64,000 bases of DNA from a virus (lineage: Duplodnaviria > Caudoviricetes): IMG/VR virus record IMGVR_UViG_3300010429_000303, positions 36,852-100,851 of that record. One strand, given 5' to 3'. The position numbers and the translations under genes were made by a program. A model generated the notes under the pieces. That model worked only from the letters and a program-made list of their open reading frames with translations, ran no database searches and was not told where the DNA came from. This document shows, piece by piece, positions 18,531-30,901 of this stretch. Each line of letters opens with the position of its first letter. Position 1 is the first letter of the stretch.

Positions 18531-19016
18531 ATGTCACTTGAAGAATCCATTTTAACACTTGAAACCAATGCCATAGCCTTTAATGGTATTATGGATGGAG
18601 ACCCTGATGATATTTTCTATTCGGCAGAGGGGGTAGAATACAAGTCATTGAGTGGCTTCTATGCAGAGGTACTTTCTACCTGTCAGTCCCTGGCTAACCT
18701 TATGGTCTGTGATCTAGGAACTACTGGGGCATCGGAAAGTTTAGATCTTGAACCCTATCGAGTATTTACTGGAATCCTTGGGGCTGCAACAACTTTTGAG
18801 TTTACTGGATCAGTGGTAGCAGATGTTTTAGTTGAACTTACCTTAACGTTAACCCAGGATGGGGTAGGAAACAGAACCTTTACCTTTCCAGAATCAGTTA
18901 CCTGGGAGAATGGAGAGTTACCAGATCTTCCTATGACACCGGGAACTAGATACCTAATAAAACTTATCTCTACCGATAGGGCTACGTCTTTTCTCGGTAG
19001 GGTTTCTTGGTTCTAA
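18531..19016 (+). CDS. Small virion/tail-fibre-associated protein
   Basis: C-terminal LTL.LTQDG.G.RT.TFP.SV.W..G..P domain of the kind seen at fibre C-termini. Precedes gp25. Confidence 0.6.
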   Translation: MSLEESILTLETNAIAFNGIMDGDPDDIFYSAEGVEYKSLSGFYAEVLSTCQSLANLMVCDLGTTGASESLDLEPYRVFTGILGAATTFEFTGSVVADVLVELTLTLTQDGVGNRTFTFPESVTWENGELPDLPMTPGTRYLIKLISTDRATSFLGRVSWF

Positions 19017-19019
19017 ACC

Positions 19020-19397
19020 ATGGCCATTTATACTGATTTTGACTTAAAAATGGTACAGAACCCCTATACCAAAGATGTTAGGCGGCTAGAGGATTCTGAT
19101 ACCATCAAAGCCTCTATCAGAAACATCATTATGACCAATAGATACGAACGTAGGTTTAATCTGTTTTTTGGTGGAAATGTTCGAAACTATCTGTTTGAGA
19201 CATTAGATCTCCTTGAGTTAGAAACCATCAAGGAAGATATCATCAGTAAGATTACTCGATATGAACCCAGACTTTCTAGTATTAAGATTCTCTCTGCTAA
19301 GAGTGGAGACAATGATATTTCTTTTAGAGTTGAATACATCATTAAGAATGAGACCGTCCCTAATACTTTAGATGTAATTATCTACAGGAATAGATAA
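19020..19397 (+). CDS. gp25: gp25 baseplate wedge subunit
   Basis: Y.D.DL...NP.T.D......D.IK.SIRNI..T...ER.F...FG..V..YLFE and YEPR motifs. Confidence 0.95.
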   Translation: MAIYTDFDLKMVQNPYTKDVRRLEDSDTIKASIRNIIMTNRYERRFNLFFGGNVRNYLFETLDLLELETIKEDIISKITRYEPRLSSIKILSAKSGDNDISFRVEYIIKNETVPNTLDVIIYRNR

Positions 19398-19402
19398 GAT
19401 TT

Positions 19403-21220
19403 ATGACACAAACTAATAACCCCCTTGAAATAAAAAATCTTGATTTTCCTGAGATTAAACGGTCTTTAGTTAAGTTTCTGGAAACAACGACTGAATTTAA
19501 GAACTTCAATTTTGAAGGATCCAACATCAATGCTATGTTGGATATCTTAGCGTATAACACCTACTACATGTCCATGTATATGAATATGCTGTTTGGAGAA
19601 ACCTTTATAGACTCAGCAACAGAACGGTCATCTTTGGTTTCTGCATTAAAGCCTATTGGGTTTGTGCCAAAGTCAGTAACTGCAGCAAAGATTTTAGTTG
19701 ATATTTCGATTACTGCTAGAGTAGGTGATGAACAAACTCAACTTCTCCTCCCTCCACTGTCTAGTTTTGTCGGGGGTGGATTCAATTTTGTCAATTTAGA
19801 TCCTTGTACCTTGGGACGTGATGGTAATGTCTTCTCTGCTACTAATGTTCTCCTTCACCAAGGAACTCCCTATTCACACAGATTTATCGTAGCTGATCCT
19901 GAAGACTTCTTTGTTATCCCTTACGCTAAGATTGATACCTCTACTATTAAGGTAAAGGTATTTCCGTCGTTATCTGACTATGAACGTAAGAAGAATGACA
20001 GTAACTTAGATCTGATCTATACCTTAGCTTCAGACCTCTTTGATAAAAATGGGGAGTCCCAGGTCTTCTTTATTCAGGAAGATCATGTAACTGGATATTT
20101 TTCAGTGTTCTTTGGTGATAACACCATTGGTAAAGCAGTTTCTAATGGCAATGTTATTGAAACCACCTTCATAAGTTCTGAAGGAACTGATGCAAATGGG
20201 ATCTATGGCGTTGAGTTCTACCGATCCGCCCTAGGAGACACTGTTCTTGGTGGCTACTCTACTTCAGAAATCCAAGTCACTACCCCTAGTTCTGAAGTAC
20301 GGTCTTTTGATGGTTCTGATAGACAATCTAACAGTTTTCTCAGGAAGTTTGGTCCGTACCATTTTGAAGCTCAAGACAGACTTGTTACTCAGAGTGATTA
20401 CGAGTATGCGTTGAACTCATTCTTTTCAAATGTTCAGTGTTGTAAGGTCTGGGGGGGTGAAGATAATGACCCCCCCTATTATGCAGCAGCTATGGCTATG
20501 GTAAAACTTACTGACCAAGAGTTATTATCACCACTTCAGAAAACGTTAGTGACTCAATACATCAAGTCAAAATCAGTAGTAGGTACGGATTTTATCTTAG
20601 TAGATCCTAATGTGGTCTACCCTATTGTGTCGTTAGTGATTAGACTACCTTCACGGTATGTTTCAGATCTTTATTATCTTGAAAACAGAATAGCCACGTT
20701 TATTAGAAGTTATTGTGAAGAATCATCCATTTCTGAGTATAGACCTTCAGACCTTTCGTATTATCTTAAAGATAAAGAATCCCTGCTTAAATCGGTAAAT
20801 GTCACTACTAAACTGAAGAAGAATGTATTCTACACCTTAGGCTCCGTAGAAACTCATACTATCCAGTTCAGACAGGCATTAGTCACTGGTACTTTGAAGT
20901 CTTCTTTTGACTTCTCGTTATACCCTGAATTTCCATCTGGGTTCACTGAACAATTTCTGGATGATGGTTCTGGTAAAGTTCTCTACCAAAAGGTTTATGT
21001 AGATACAGACATTCCTACTGAGTCTATTCAGGTAGGAAGTGTAGACTACTTGACTGGTCAGGTTCTCTTTGATGATCTAACTATTAGTTCTAACTCTTCA
21101 GGATCTCCTTCATTTTCATTAACAGCTAGCCCATATGACTTAGATCTGTTTGCTGAACAACATAGCCTCCTGGTTCTAGAACCAGAAAATATTACCTTTA
21201 GTCTGAACTTAGACAGATGA
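19403..21220 (+). CDS. gp6: gp6 baseplate wedge subunit
   Basis: LDF..IK..L..FL...EF..FNFEGS....LD.LAYNTYY, F.DSA..R.S.VS, Q.RLVT..DY and VWGGEDN.PP motifs. Confidence 0.96.
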   Translation: MTQTNNPLEIKNLDFPEIKRSLVKFLETTTEFKNFNFEGSNINAMLDILAYNTYYMSMYMNMLFGETFIDSATERSSLVSALKPIGFVPKSVTAAKILVDISITARVGDEQTQLLLPPLSSFVGGGFNFVNLDPCTLGRDGNVFSATNVLLHQGTPYSHRFIVADPEDFFVIPYAKIDTSTIKVKVFPSLSDYERKKNDSNLDLIYTLASDLFDKNGESQVFFIQEDHVTGYFSVFFGDNTIGKAVSNGNVIETTFISSEGTDANGIYGVEFYRSALGDTVLGGYSTSEIQVTTPSSEVRSFDGSDRQSNSFLRKFGPYHFEAQDRLVTQSDYEYALNSFFSNVQCCKVWGGEDNDPPYYAAAMAMVKLTDQELLSPLQKTLVTQYIKSKSVVGTDFILVDPNVVYPIVSLVIRLPSRYVSDLYYLENRIATFIRSYCEESSISEYRPSDLSYYLKDKESLLKSVNVTTKLKKNVFYTLGSVETHTIQFRQALVTGTLKSSFDFSLYPEFPSGFTEQFLDDGSGKVLYQKVYVDTDIPTESIQVGSVDYLTGQVLFDDLTISSNSSGSPSFSLTASPYDLDLFAEQHSLLVLEPENITFSLNLDR

Positions 21221-22824
21221 TTCTCACAGATAGATCGGTAAAGACCCAAATAAAATATCAGGTTCCCTGGTTCTTTAACCAGGAATACCCCTTATTTGTA
21301 AAATTTCTAGAATACTACTACCAATGGGTAGAACTTCATGACGATCAATTCAAGTATGGGGTTCTGGCTATCATTGATAACTTCAACCAACTTAAAGATA
21401 TTGATCAGACAGTAGAAGAGCTTATTCCCTTCTTCAGAAATCCCTACTTTAGAAACATTCCAGAACAAACCGTAGTAGCTCGCCGTCTCTTTATTAAGAG
21501 AATGATTGACCTTTATCGGAGTAAAGGAAGTTTCAAGTCCTTAAATCTCCTGATAAAGATAATTCTAGGAGAGGAGATAGAGGTCTGGTATCCTAAGGAT
21601 CTCCTAGCCAGGCCCTCAAATATTGAATCATCAAGTTATTACTACGGTTATCTTAGAGTTACTAATCCTGTTTTGGATAACATTTTTGACCTACAAACCA
21701 ACACTGTTGAAATAAATGGTATTCCAGTTCTGGTATCCGCTATAGGAAAGGTAGTAGACTTATATGAAGTGGTTCTAGATTTTGATCTACTGGAATATAC
21801 TACTATAAAGGACACTAAAGAGGTTTACTTCCAAGGAGTCCAGATTGGCGAGTTGGTTCCTATTCTAGATAAAATAACCTTTGTTTCTGGAACTAGAATC
21901 AATAAACAGAATGAGTTGTTCTTAGTTTCCTCCCCCAACCAACAAACTCCTGCAGTTTGTAAGATATCTAGAGTAAAACCAGGACGAATAGATTCATATA
22001 CCATTCTCAGGAGAGGGTCTAACTATATCCTTGGTGATAGATTTGTTGGGTATGTTGGATCATTAGAATTTTCAGCTATAGTAAGTAACATCACTCCTAC
22101 TGGAGAAATTGGCAGACTTACTATCCAGAAGAATGCATCAGTAACTTCTAACATCCCTACGATAGTAGGGATATCTGAGACAGGGTTTGGTGCTAATATA
22201 GACTGGTATTCTTCAGAGTTTAAGACTATTCAGGAAGTAGAGATCGTAGACGGGGGAATAGATCTTTCTGGGGAAAAAACTACCTCATTAGCCGGGTCAC
22301 AGTTTTCCTTTCAGACCACCTTTATTGCTAAACGAACTCAGGTTAGTTCAACTAACAATCTAGGTAACTTTAACATTCTTCCTGATAATTTATTATGGCA
22401 AGATCATTCTTATGTCTTGAACTTTACGTCTACCTTTACTGAATTTCCTAAAGAGGAAGTCAATTATCTGTTTAAGCCACTAGGCTCTAAACTGTTTTAC
22501 AACAAAACAGAATTGATTGAATGCCTTGGAAACTCAGTAGATTCCTTTGGAGTTGAGGGTACATTAGAGGTAGAACCTACCACAAAGATAGTTAATTTAC
22601 TGATTTCTAATTTACAGACCTCATTCACGATCTCTTCAAGAAAATATACCAATGACACTCCATTACTGTATGTAGGATCTACTCCAGTATTTTCGGTAGA
22701 CAGTAGATATTGTTTTGAAGTAAAACCTGAAATAGGAACTCTAACTTTTGAAGATGTCTCTTCTTTAGAAAATCTAGAGAACGCACTAAATAACCTTAAG
22801 ACTGCTTTAGCGTCTATCGTTTAA
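21217..22824 (+). CDS. gp7: gp7-like baseplate wedge initiator
   Basis: Q.P.F...EYPLFV.FLEYYY, R.FIK...DLY.SKGS..S..LL and D...WQD.SYV motifs. Lies between gp6 and gp8. Confidence 0.85.
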   Translation: MILTDRSVKTQIKYQVPWFFNQEYPLFVKFLEYYYQWVELHDDQFKYGVLAIIDNFNQLKDIDQTVEELIPFFRNPYFRNIPEQTVVARRLFIKRMIDLYRSKGSFKSLNLLIKIILGEEIEVWYPKDLLARPSNIESSSYYYGYLRVTNPVLDNIFDLQTNTVEINGIPVLVSAIGKVVDLYEVVLDFDLLEYTTIKDTKEVYFQGVQIGELVPILDKITFVSGTRINKQNELFLVSSPNQQTPAVCKISRVKPGRIDSYTILRRGSNYILGDRFVGYVGSLEFSAIVSNITPTGEIGRLTIQKNASVTSNIPTIVGISETGFGANIDWYSSEFKTIQEVEIVDGGIDLSGEKTTSLAGSQFSFQTTFIAKRTQVSSTNNLGNFNILPDNLLWQDHSYVLNFTSTFTEFPKEEVNYLFKPLGSKLFYNKTELIECLGNSVDSFGVEGTLEVEPTTKIVNLLISNLQTSFTISSRKYTNDTPLLYVGSTPVFSVDSRYCFEVKPEIGTLTFEDVSSLENLENALNNLKTALASIV

Positions 22825-22839
22825 CCAGAAGGTACGCCC

Positions 22840-24006
22840 ATGTCATCGTATTCAACTCCCTTGGTAAAGATCTATAGAACTTTTGCGTTACAAACCTTAG
22901 CAAAAGAAGAACAACTGTATGCGTTTATCAGTAGAACTACACCATGGAATAATTCAGAATTCCTTCCTGGTTTTGCCCCTGAAGAACCCTCTTTAGATCA
23001 AAGATCCTTAGATGGGTACTTGGACCAGATTATCGCCCTTAAGAAGGTAGCAGCCTCTGATGTCTCTATTGCAATAAAACGTTATGATTGGTATTCTGGA
23101 CGAACTTATGATTCCTATGATTGTACTGATGCCAATATTCTGTTTAAACATAACTTCGAAGGTACTAATCCCTTCTATGTGCTTACCGACGAGTATAACG
23201 TTTATAAGTGTATAGACAATGTAGGGGGATCTGTTTCTACTGCAAAGCCTACCGGTCAGTTCGCTCAGGCTATAGAGCTGGAAGATGGATATGTCTGGAA
23301 GTTTATGTTTCATGTAGACGAAGCAGACAGGGCTAAGTTTCTTACCTCCACGCATATTCCAGTTCGACACAATACTGAACTTCTTTATGCTTCTGCCCAA
23401 AAGACGGTAAAGGATGCTGCTATTGCAGGACAGGTCGAACGAGTAGACGTTGTTTCTGGGGGGAGTGGGTATACCGGAACTTCAGAACTTGTATCATCTG
23501 GTGACGGGGCTGGATTTGCGGCTACTCCTGTGATTACCAATGGGGTAGTGACCGGGATTACTGTGACCAATAAAGGAACTGGGTATACCACGTTAACCGT
23601 GAATGTAACCAATACCAATTCTTCTTATGTACCAGCAACCTTTAAGGCTCAGATTTCACCTCAAGGGGGACATGGGTTTAATGCTGCTAATGAACTCGGT
23701 GGATTCTATACCATTATCTCGGTAGATCTAATTGGGTATCAAGACACTATCTTACCCGTTAATGTCTATTTCAGACAGTGTGGGTTAATTACCAATATTC
23801 AAGATATCAATTCAGGGTACTCCAATCAGACCTACTACTTCGGGCCAAAACATCCCCAGTACAATGACTCTTCAATTAGGTCTACCTTTCCCCAGAGAGT
23901 GCTTAAACCTGATATTGGAGAAATTCTGTATATTAAGAATCATGCCCCTATCCTAAGAAGTCTATACCAACTTGAACGGCTTAAATTTGTGGTAGAAACT
24001 CTATGA
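22840..24006 (+). CDS. gp8: gp8 baseplate wedge subunit
   Basis: [23 protein letters not shown]....ST.KPTG, DGY.WK.M, P.GGHG.NA..ELG and GEILYI.N..PI.R...Q.E motifs. Confidence 0.93.
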   Translation: MSSYSTPLVKIYRTFALQTLAKEEQLYAFISRTTPWNNSEFLPGFAPEEPSLDQRSLDGYLDQIIALKKVAASDVSIAIKRYDWYSGRTYDSYDCTDANILFKHNFEGTNPFYVLTDEYNVYKCIDNVGGSVSTAKPTGQFAQAIELEDGYVWKFMFHVDEADRAKFLTSTHIPVRHNTELLYASAQKTVKDAAIAGQVERVDVVSGGSGYTGTSELVSSGDGAGFAATPVITNGVVTGITVTNKGTGYTTLTVNVTNTNSSYVPATFKAQISPQGGHGFNAANELGGFYTIISVDLIGYQDTILPVNVYFRQCGLITNIQDINSGYSNQTYYFGPKHPQYNDSSIRSTFPQRVLKPDIGEILYIKNHAPILRSLYQLERLKFVVETL

Positions 24007-27000
24007 CTAAACTATCTTTTAATCGTGCTCCCTATTTTGATGATTATGATGCAGGAAAACATTACCACAAGATTCTGTTTAAGGAAGGAGTACCTCTTCA
24101 GGTCAGAGAACTCAATCAGCTTCAAACCATTCTGCAAGAACAGATTGCTCGATTTGGACGACATTTCTTTAAAGAAGGTTCCATAGTCTCTGGGTGTGAA
24201 AACAAGTTAAACTTTTCTTTGAAATCCTCAGACCTGGTAAACTCACCAGAAAACTTGTTGGTTTTAGCTAAGTTTGCTAAATCGTATGCCATAACGTTAT
24301 CTGGGGCGTTGGTCTATATTCCCTTTGTGATTTTACCTTCAGAGAATACTTGGAATCCAGGGGTACCCACCCTAGTCTTTGCCTCTATTTCCGGCCCTGA
24401 ATTGGTCCCGGGAGATGTTCTTTACCTGTATGATTATGACACTAAAATAACTTCAGACTCTATCTATATCACTACCTCTTCTTCAACTATTCAACAAGCT
24501 TCATCTATTTCATTTCAACCAGGAATCGTATTTTTTGATGGTTATTTTCTTTCTGTAGACAAACAAGCCATCATTGTTCATCCTTATACCTCGACTCCTA
24601 CTGTTTCTATAGGATATAGGTTAGTAGACTCTATTGTAACCTGGAAGGAGGATTTCTCCTTACTGGATAATGCTTCCCCTACAGAAATACAGTCATACAA
24701 TCAAGCTGCACCGGGGGCGGATAGATATAAGAAAGAGTTGTTTCTTACCGTAGTTCCCATTATTACTTCTGACTCTTATGCTGAACAAATCATTCAAGGA
24801 GAGTTCATAGAGTTTGTCAGAGTGATAAATGGAGAAATCACCAAAGATATCAATACCACAGTTTATGCTGAGTTTGAGAAGAATCTAGCTAGACGGACGT
24901 ATGATGAATCAGGAAACTTTACCGTTAAGCCCTTTAATATTTCTATTGTAGATCATATTGGTAAAAACCCAGAGCTATTCTCTATCGAGATATCTCCAGG
25001 AAAAGCCTATATCAGAGGTTATGAGTTTGAAACGAAGGGAAGAGTTTATGTCGATCTTCCCAAAACTTCAACTTCAATAACCAAAGAAACCTTTGCCCTT
25101 TCTACTTATTACGGATCGTATATCAAGTTAGATACTCTTTCAGGATTGATAGACGTTTCTAAGAATGATGTTATTGAATTACTGGATCAGCCCATTGGTG
25201 ATTTCCAAGACATTAGTGATACTTCTGAACGAGCAGATCATAGATTAGGAACTGCCCGCAGTCGATTTCTTCAGAAGGTAGGCAGTGATTTTTGGTTGTT
25301 CATATATACACCTACTTTCACTTCTGGGACCTTTGAAGATGTAAAATCAATATCTGCATTGTCCAACACTGGGTATGGAGATCTTAAAGAATCAAAAATT
25401 TTCGATCCTACCAATGATAAACTACTGTTTAAGTTTCCCGAACAGGTAAGTTCATTAGAATCATATTCTTACTTCGTTCAAAAGGTGTTTACTGGAGTTA
25501 GATTTAACTTTAATGAAGCTACTAATGCCTCTGAATTACTGTTAAAGTTGGATGGGACATTATCATTTGTAACCACTTCCAGCTACTTTATGGTATTCAG
25601 AAAGGATACCTTAGCGTATACTCCAGTTTCAACTGTTACCTCCTTGAATGAAGATAATACTCAAGTAAGAGTATCCTTAGTAGAAACCACAGATGTTCCT
25701 GCTGATGTTTTTTGTTTGGTAGCTGTTTCTGGGGGGACCGACAGAGTTTTATCGGTAAAAACTGAAACGTTTACTGAGGATTCGATTCCTATTGGGTGGA
25801 GCAAGACCTTAGACAACAGAGTACTAGGAACTTCCTTAGTTTCAGTTTCAGATGGAAGTGTTGAAGATAAAATTGATTTATTTGTGGTTGACAAAAATGA
25901 AACACCTTTTAGATATGGGCGAGAAACTATTAGGTTTTTAGGAAAAGAGATTATTGATGCTCCTGTAACGTTTACCTATACCTATCATGAACTATCTTCT
26001 TTTGGATTCTTTTCAGTTAGCTACTGGAGCCAGTTTAACTATGGCGATATAAGCATAGATAAGAGTACTGTCCAGAAAAGGACCAATACTTTAGATTTTA
26101 GGCCATTAGAAACTACAAATGAAACTTTTAGTGATGTCCATTGTATCTCACCTTTTAATGAATTTGAATGTAGTTATTCTTATAAAGTAGGCAGGATTGA
26201 TAAACTGACCTGTACTCCAGATAAAAAGTTTTCTTTGATTTCAGGGGTTCCTGCCCTGAATCCGTCAGTTCCAAAGGATAGGCCTGACTGGATGACCTTA
26301 TATACCATTATTTGTCCCCCTGGGGCAGAGACCCCAGAACTGGTAAAAACAGTATACCATGAGAATAAACGGTATACAATGCGTGATATAGGTAAGTTAG
26401 AACAAAGAATTAAAAATCTTGAATATTATACCTCCTTGACCTTATTGGAAAAGGATACCGCCTCTTTTGAGATTGTAGATGAACAAGGAAATAACAGATT
26501 TAAAAATGGCTTTTTGGTTGATAACTTTAAGAACTATAAATCATTAGATACTTCCAATCCAGACATTAAATGTTCATTTGATTTGAAAGAAGGCCATCTA
26601 AGACCTTCCTTCGCTCTTAATAACAGAAAAGCCCAACTTTTACCTTCTTCAAGATTGGTTTGTTCCTCTAATGGTTTAGTGACTTTACCTTATAGTGAAA
26701 CTGATTTTATTCAACAACCTTTAGCTTCAGATATTATCAACCTTCAACCCTATGAGGTGTTTACCTGGATTGGTACGTTGACCTTATCGCCTTCAGTGGA
26801 TGATTGGGTAGATACCAATATTTCCCCAGATGTCACTGTAAATCAGTTTGGTGAAAAGGATGTATGGGCAGAAATAGGGGCAAACGGATTTCAAACTGAA
26901 TGGAATTCATGGGAAACCCAGATTTCTAAAGCTGGAACAACTGATGCCTTTATAGGGGGGCAGAAAGGTGATTTTGCAAATCTAAGTTCAGAGACACAAC

Positions 27001-29825
27001 TTAAGCTTTGGAATCCAGATGTGGATTCATCAGTACCATCGGAGTGGATTTTTAACTACAATTCGTGGGTAGCAAATGGCTTTTCTGGGTGGTTTTCTCA
27101 GACATCTCCAGATGGCTATGTGAATGGAAAGCCTGCTCTACTACTACCCTTTAAGGTAGAGAATCAGAGTACAGTGTCTACTGGAACTCAACGTGCTTTT
27201 ACTGATTCTAAGATTATAACTAACTCATTGGGGGAGAATGTTACTGGGTATGAACTTTTGCCTTACATGCGTTCTCAGGTTATACGGTTCTCGGCTAAGG
27301 CATTAAAACCCAAGACAAGGTTATATGCTTTTTTTGACTCTAAGGATGTGACAGATTTTTGTTCCTCCAACGGTATAACTGGTTCATTGATAACTTCAGA
27401 GACCGGAACTATTGAAGGTCAATTTACTATCCCTGCCGGGAAATTTACTACCGGAACTCGAATCCTTGAACTTTCAGATTCTTCTTTGAATAGAGCGTAC
27501 GAAGTAACCACAAGATGTTCAGCTAAGTACACTGCTAAAGGTATTTCACAATCAAAAACTGAAACTTTCTTATCCACTAGAGAACCCCATATTGTAGATT
27601 CAGGAGTTTCTTCAGAGTCCACTGAGAAGATATACGCATGGGGAGGACTTGAATTCTTACCTTCTCCATCTCCATCTAATACTCCTACTCAAACTCCATC
27701 TAATACTCCATCTAATACTCCATCTCCATCTAATACTCCTTCGATCACACCAACACCAACCGGATCGAGTTCTAACACACCTACCCCTACTCCTACCCCT
27801 ACGCCATCTAATACTCCATCTAATACTCCATCTAATACTCCATCTAATACTCCATCTAATTCGCCATCAGTTTCATTTGATCTAATTATATCTGTTTTTA
27901 TCCCAAATGGTAACTTAAATCTAGTAAAAGACGGAAAGGTTAATATAGATTTAACTGGAAATAGGAATAACGAGTCTATTTCTATTCCTGTATCTATGGA
28001 TGATCTTAAAGTTAGTACTACGGCTTTTACCTTTATCAGTAATTTTATTGATGCCCTGGCACAATTTGGACAAAGAGTAGAATCATACAGTGTCTCTGGA
28101 GTAGGCTCATATAGTTTTAGTGATAGATCGGTATGGGTATCTCAGTTGGAAAAAGATCTCGCTGTTACCTTTCCTTCCTATGGATATTACATTTATTACT
28201 GGACCCATACCGAGTTTGTTCCTAGGCTTAAAGATTTCTTATGGGATAGATTCCAAAACTATACCTCCGAGACTTCCTACTACAGAACAACGTTACTTCC
28301 TCATTTTTTAGCCCTGTCTACGATTGGCGATATGAAGACTTATCTGAATAATGAACTTACCACAATCATAGACGCTTCTTTTAATGAGAGGATAGCTCTC
28401 TTGGTTCAGTGGTGTGCTTCTCAGAATATAACAGTTAATTCAACCGATGTAAGGAATATCATTGTAGGCCGGTTGTTGTTTGGTGGGGAATCGTTCTACA
28501 ACTCATTATTTAACCAGGAAAGTTACTGGCTATCCAGTAATCTTTCTGAATTTTTAGTTAAAGGAAGATGGACACTAAACTCTTCTGAATTGACAGTAAA
28601 ACTTAGCTATGATAATACAGTAAATGCATCGGACTTTAGTTTTTATCAAACTGGGGTGGTAGAAGATCCACCCCAACCATACCTCAACTTTTATGTCAGT
28701 AGAATTCAATCTGTCTATCAGAAAGTAACCACCTATTCTCAGGCACCAACGTTTGACTATACGTGGGTTTCTTCACAGTTCCCCATGGGTAACCTTACTG
28801 CTCTGGGTACCAATGTTTTTACTGCTCCTGGGTTTGCTGATATCTATCCTGAGGTGCGAAGAAACGATGATTCTCACTTCTTGCGTGCCCTTCTAACTAA
28901 GATGTTAGGTGCTTTACCGCCAGAATTAGATGTCTGGGTTACTTCAGAAAACATGGTAGAGATGCAAGAAAAGATTAAACCACATCTGCTTAGAGCTACA
29001 CAAGAGTTTATCAACAAGAAGTGTCCTACCTTTACTATCTCATTGACACCAAATACCTTAAACTATCTAAATCTTACACTACTTCTTCAGAGAGATCTAT
29101 ATGTCCACTTTGTTCCTATACGCAACACCTACTATGACCCAATTGCAGAAACCTTTGAAGTCAATGCAGATCAGTATCCTTCAGGACTCTTTATCACCGG
29201 GGCAGATGTGTACTTCAAGACTAAGTCGAACACTGTTCCGGTAAAGGTGGAGATTCGAGAAGTAGTTAATGGCTATCCTCATGCTAAGCAATGTTTGACC
29301 AAAGCCATTCTGGATCCGTCTGAGATTAAGATCTCTAACGATGCTAATACCCCCACCAGAGTTACCTTCGACAATCCGGTCTATGTCCTTCCTGGAGAGT
29401 TTGCTCTTTGTTTGATTGCTAACACCACAGAGTATACCGCCTATGTAGGTACCATTGGAGAGTATATGCTAGGGTCTACTTCTGAAAGAATCTCTAAGAA
29501 TCCTTATATTGGCACCTTCTTTAAGTCTATGAACTCAGTGACTTGGGTACCTCAACCAGAGACAGATCTTAAGTTTAATCTATACCGGGCGGTGTTTCCG
29601 ACAGGACAAGAAATTGAAGGATACTTCCAACCAGAACAAACGACAAATTCTCTTGAATTCAACGCTCTGTGTATCAATGGCTCGGTTATCACTCCGGGGA
29701 GAACAAAGGCATCTCAGGTAACCACAACACTTCAAAAAGTTTCTGGGGAAAATGACAGCGTTACCGTAGCTTTTAATGAGACTTCCGAATTGAACGGTAC
29801 ATTTGTAATTTCATCAATAGGTTAA
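24003..29825 (+). CDS. Giant virion structural protein, VrlC/DUF4815-like, paralog 1 (C-terminal domain encoded separately)
   Basis: [99 protein letters not shown] and DLKF motifs. Confidence 0.88.
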   Translation: MTKLSFNRAPYFDDYDAGKHYHKILFKEGVPLQVRELNQLQTILQEQIARFGRHFFKEGSIVSGCENKLNFSLKSSDLVNSPENLLVLAKFAKSYAITLSGALVYIPFVILPSENTWNPGVPTLVFASISGPELVPGDVLYLYDYDTKITSDSIYITTSSSTIQQASSISFQPGIVFFDGYFLSVDKQAIIVHPYTSTPTVSIGYRLVDSIVTWKEDFSLLDNASPTEIQSYNQAAPGADRYKKELFLTVVPIITSDSYAEQIIQGEFIEFVRVINGEITKDINTTVYAEFEKNLARRTYDESGNFTVKPFNISIVDHIGKNPELFSIEISPGKAYIRGYEFETKGRVYVDLPKTSTSITKETFALSTYYGSYIKLDTLSGLIDVSKNDVIELLDQPIGDFQDISDTSERADHRLGTARSRFLQKVGSDFWLFIYTPTFTSGTFEDVKSISALSNTGYGDLKESKIFDPTNDKLLFKFPEQVSSLESYSYFVQKVFTGVRFNFNEATNASELLLKLDGTLSFVTTSSYFMVFRKDTLAYTPVSTVTSLNEDNTQVRVSLVETTDVPADVFCLVAVSGGTDRVLSVKTETFTEDSIPIGWSKTLDNRVLGTSLVSVSDGSVEDKIDLFVVDKNETPFRYGRETIRFLGKEIIDAPVTFTYTYHELSSFGFFSVSYWSQFNYGDISIDKSTVQKRTNTLDFRPLETTNETFSDVHCISPFNEFECSYSYKVGRIDKLTCTPDKKFSLISGVPALNPSVPKDRPDWMTLYTIICPPGAETPELVKTVYHENKRYTMRDIGKLEQRIKNLEYYTSLTLLEKDTASFEIVDEQGNNRFKNGFLVDNFKNYKSLDTSNPDIKCSFDLKEGHLRPSFALNNRKAQLLPSSRLVCSSNGLVTLPYSETDFIQQPLASDIINLQPYEVFTWIGTLTLSPSVDDWVDTNISPDVTVNQFGEKDVWAEIGANGFQTEWNSWETQISKAGTTDAFIGGQKGDFANLSSETQLKLWNPDVDSSVPSEWIFNYNSWVANGFSGWFSQTSPDGYVNGKPALLLPFKVENQSTVSTGTQRAFTDSKIITNSLGENVTGYELLPYMRSQVIRFSAKALKPKTRLYAFFDSKDVTDFCSSNGITGSLITSETGTIEGQFTIPAGKFTTGTRILELSDSSLNRAYEVTTRCSAKYTAKGISQSKTETFLSTREPHIVDSGVSSESTEKIYAWGGLEFLPSPSPSNTPTQTPSNTPSNTPSPSNTPSITPTPTGSSSNTPTPTPTPTPSNTPSNTPSNTPSNTPSNSPSVSFDLIISVFIPNGNLNLVKDGKVNIDLTGNRNNESISIPVSMDDLKVSTTAFTFISNFIDALAQFGQRVESYSVSGVGSYSFSDRSVWVSQLEKDLAVTFPSYGYYIYYWTHTEFVPRLKDFLWDRFQNYTSETSYYRTTLLPHFLALSTIGDMKTYLNNELTTIIDASFNERIALLVQWCASQNITVNSTDVRNIIVGRLLFGGESFYNSLFNQESYWLSSNLSEFLVKGRWTLNSSELTVKLSYDNTVNASDFSFYQTGVVEDPPQPYLNFYVSRIQSVYQKVTTYSQAPTFDYTWVSSQFPMGNLTALGTNVFTAPGFADIYPEVRRNDDSHFLRALLTKMLGALPPELDVWVTSENMVEMQEKIKPHLLRATQEFINKKCPTFTISLTPNTLNYLNLTLLLQRDLYVHFVPIRNTYYDPIAETFEVNADQYPSGLFITGADVYFKTKSNTVPVKVEIREVVNGYPHAKQCLTKAILDPSEIKISNDANTPTRVTFDNPVYVLPGEFALCLIANTTEYTAYVGTIGEYMLGSTSERISKNPYIGTFFKSMNSVTWVPQPETDLKFNLYRAVFPTGQEIEGYFQPEQTTNSLEFNALCINGSVITPGRTKASQVTTTLQKVSGENDSVTVAFNETSELNGTFVISSIG
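27660..27869 (+). repeat. Mucin-like P/T/S linker with 12-bp tandem repeat (CCATCTAATACT = PSNT)
   Basis: [19 protein letters not shown]...[31 protein letters not shown]. Four full copies and one partial copy in tandem from about 27804. Confidence 0.95.
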
Positions 29826-29831
29826 GCTAAA

Positions 29832-30890
29832 ATGCCAATAAGTTCTTATAACCAAATTCCTACATCCATAAAGTTTCTCTATTTTTCTGGACCTAATGGA
29901 ATTAAAATACCTAACGAAACTACCAGAAAGATAGTGGTTGTTCCTGGAAACTATACCTGTCATTTTAGTTACTCAGGAAGTTTGAATCAAAATTATGTCT
30001 GGGTTAAGAAAATAGAAACCTTAGAAACTTCTTCCCCTACATGGGTCTTAAACCCCCAAGAAGATAAAATTGAAGTTGATTTTACTTCTGGAGTATCAAC
30101 ATGGGTAACTCTTGGACTTACTTCTCACATTGCAGAGTATGTAACTGGGTCGAAGAATTCTCCCCCTATTGTTTCTGATACTATTTTGTTTCAAGTGGAT
30201 CCTAAATTTCTGTTCGTTCCTGCATCTGCCCCAGTACCCTCAGCGTCAAATGAGTCGATTCCTTCCTTAATTTCTGGATTAAAGCTTCCAGTTATTCCAA
30301 TTATCTTTGGAACTCCTACCCCTACTCCTTCGATTAAACCTCAACTTCCATATAACCCGGTTGTCTCTACTTATACCTTTTCAACCACTTTAGATTCGGT
30401 ATCACCCATTTTAGATTCTCATCAACTCTCTTATACCACAGTTAAAAATATTATCAATGAGTACGCGGATGAAACAGTAATAGAATCTGAATCAGGCAGT
30501 TCTGGTGGAGTTACAGTTGCTAGGTATATTACCAAACCAGTAAAACTTCTTGAAGATAATTTAGCTGCTGGATTCTTTATTTCATTTGCTGCAAACATTC
30601 CAGAAGAAGCCTCTGTTTACCTATTCCATAAGATATTAAATACTGTTGAAGACCAGTCACTATCTACTTTTGAAAGTCAACCATGGATATATACTGGAAC
30701 TTCAGGAACTAGGAAATCGTTGGACAAAAAAGAATTTTTAGACTTTGAATTCTCGTTGGATTCTATAAGCTATCCAAGTAATACTTCAATTACCCAATTT
30801 GATATGTTTGCAATTAAGATTGTGATGACATCTTCTAATCCATCAAAGGTTCCTAAGATTAAAGACTTTAGGGTTATGGCTCACTCTTAA
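29832..30890 (+). CDS. C-terminal part of VrlC-like paralog 1 (same frame, after a single TAA)
   Basis: VSPILD...ARYITKPV.L...SSNPSKVPKIKDFRVMA matches the C-termini of paralogs 2 and 3. Confidence 0.85.
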   Translation: MPISSYNQIPTSIKFLYFSGPNGIKIPNETTRKIVVVPGNYTCHFSYSGSLNQNYVWVKKIETLETSSPTWVLNPQEDKIEVDFTSGVSTWVTLGLTSHIAEYVTGSKNSPPIVSDTILFQVDPKFLFVPASAPVPSASNESIPSLISGLKLPVIPIIFGTPTPTPSIKPQLPYNPVVSTYTFSTTLDSVSPILDSHQLSYTTVKNIINEYADETVIESESGSSGGVTVARYITKPVKLLEDNLAAGFFISFAANIPEEASVYLFHKILNTVEDQSLSTFESQPWIYTGTSGTRKSLDKKEFLDFEFSLDSISYPSNTSITQFDMFAIKIVMTSSNPSKVPKIKDFRVMAHS

Positions 30891-30901
30891 ACAGGTTTAC
30901 T

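Noticed and set aside
27649-27885. His/Leu-rich ORF (LHLILHLI...)
   Set aside because: It is a shifted-frame reading of the PSNT 12-bp repeat inside paralog 1.
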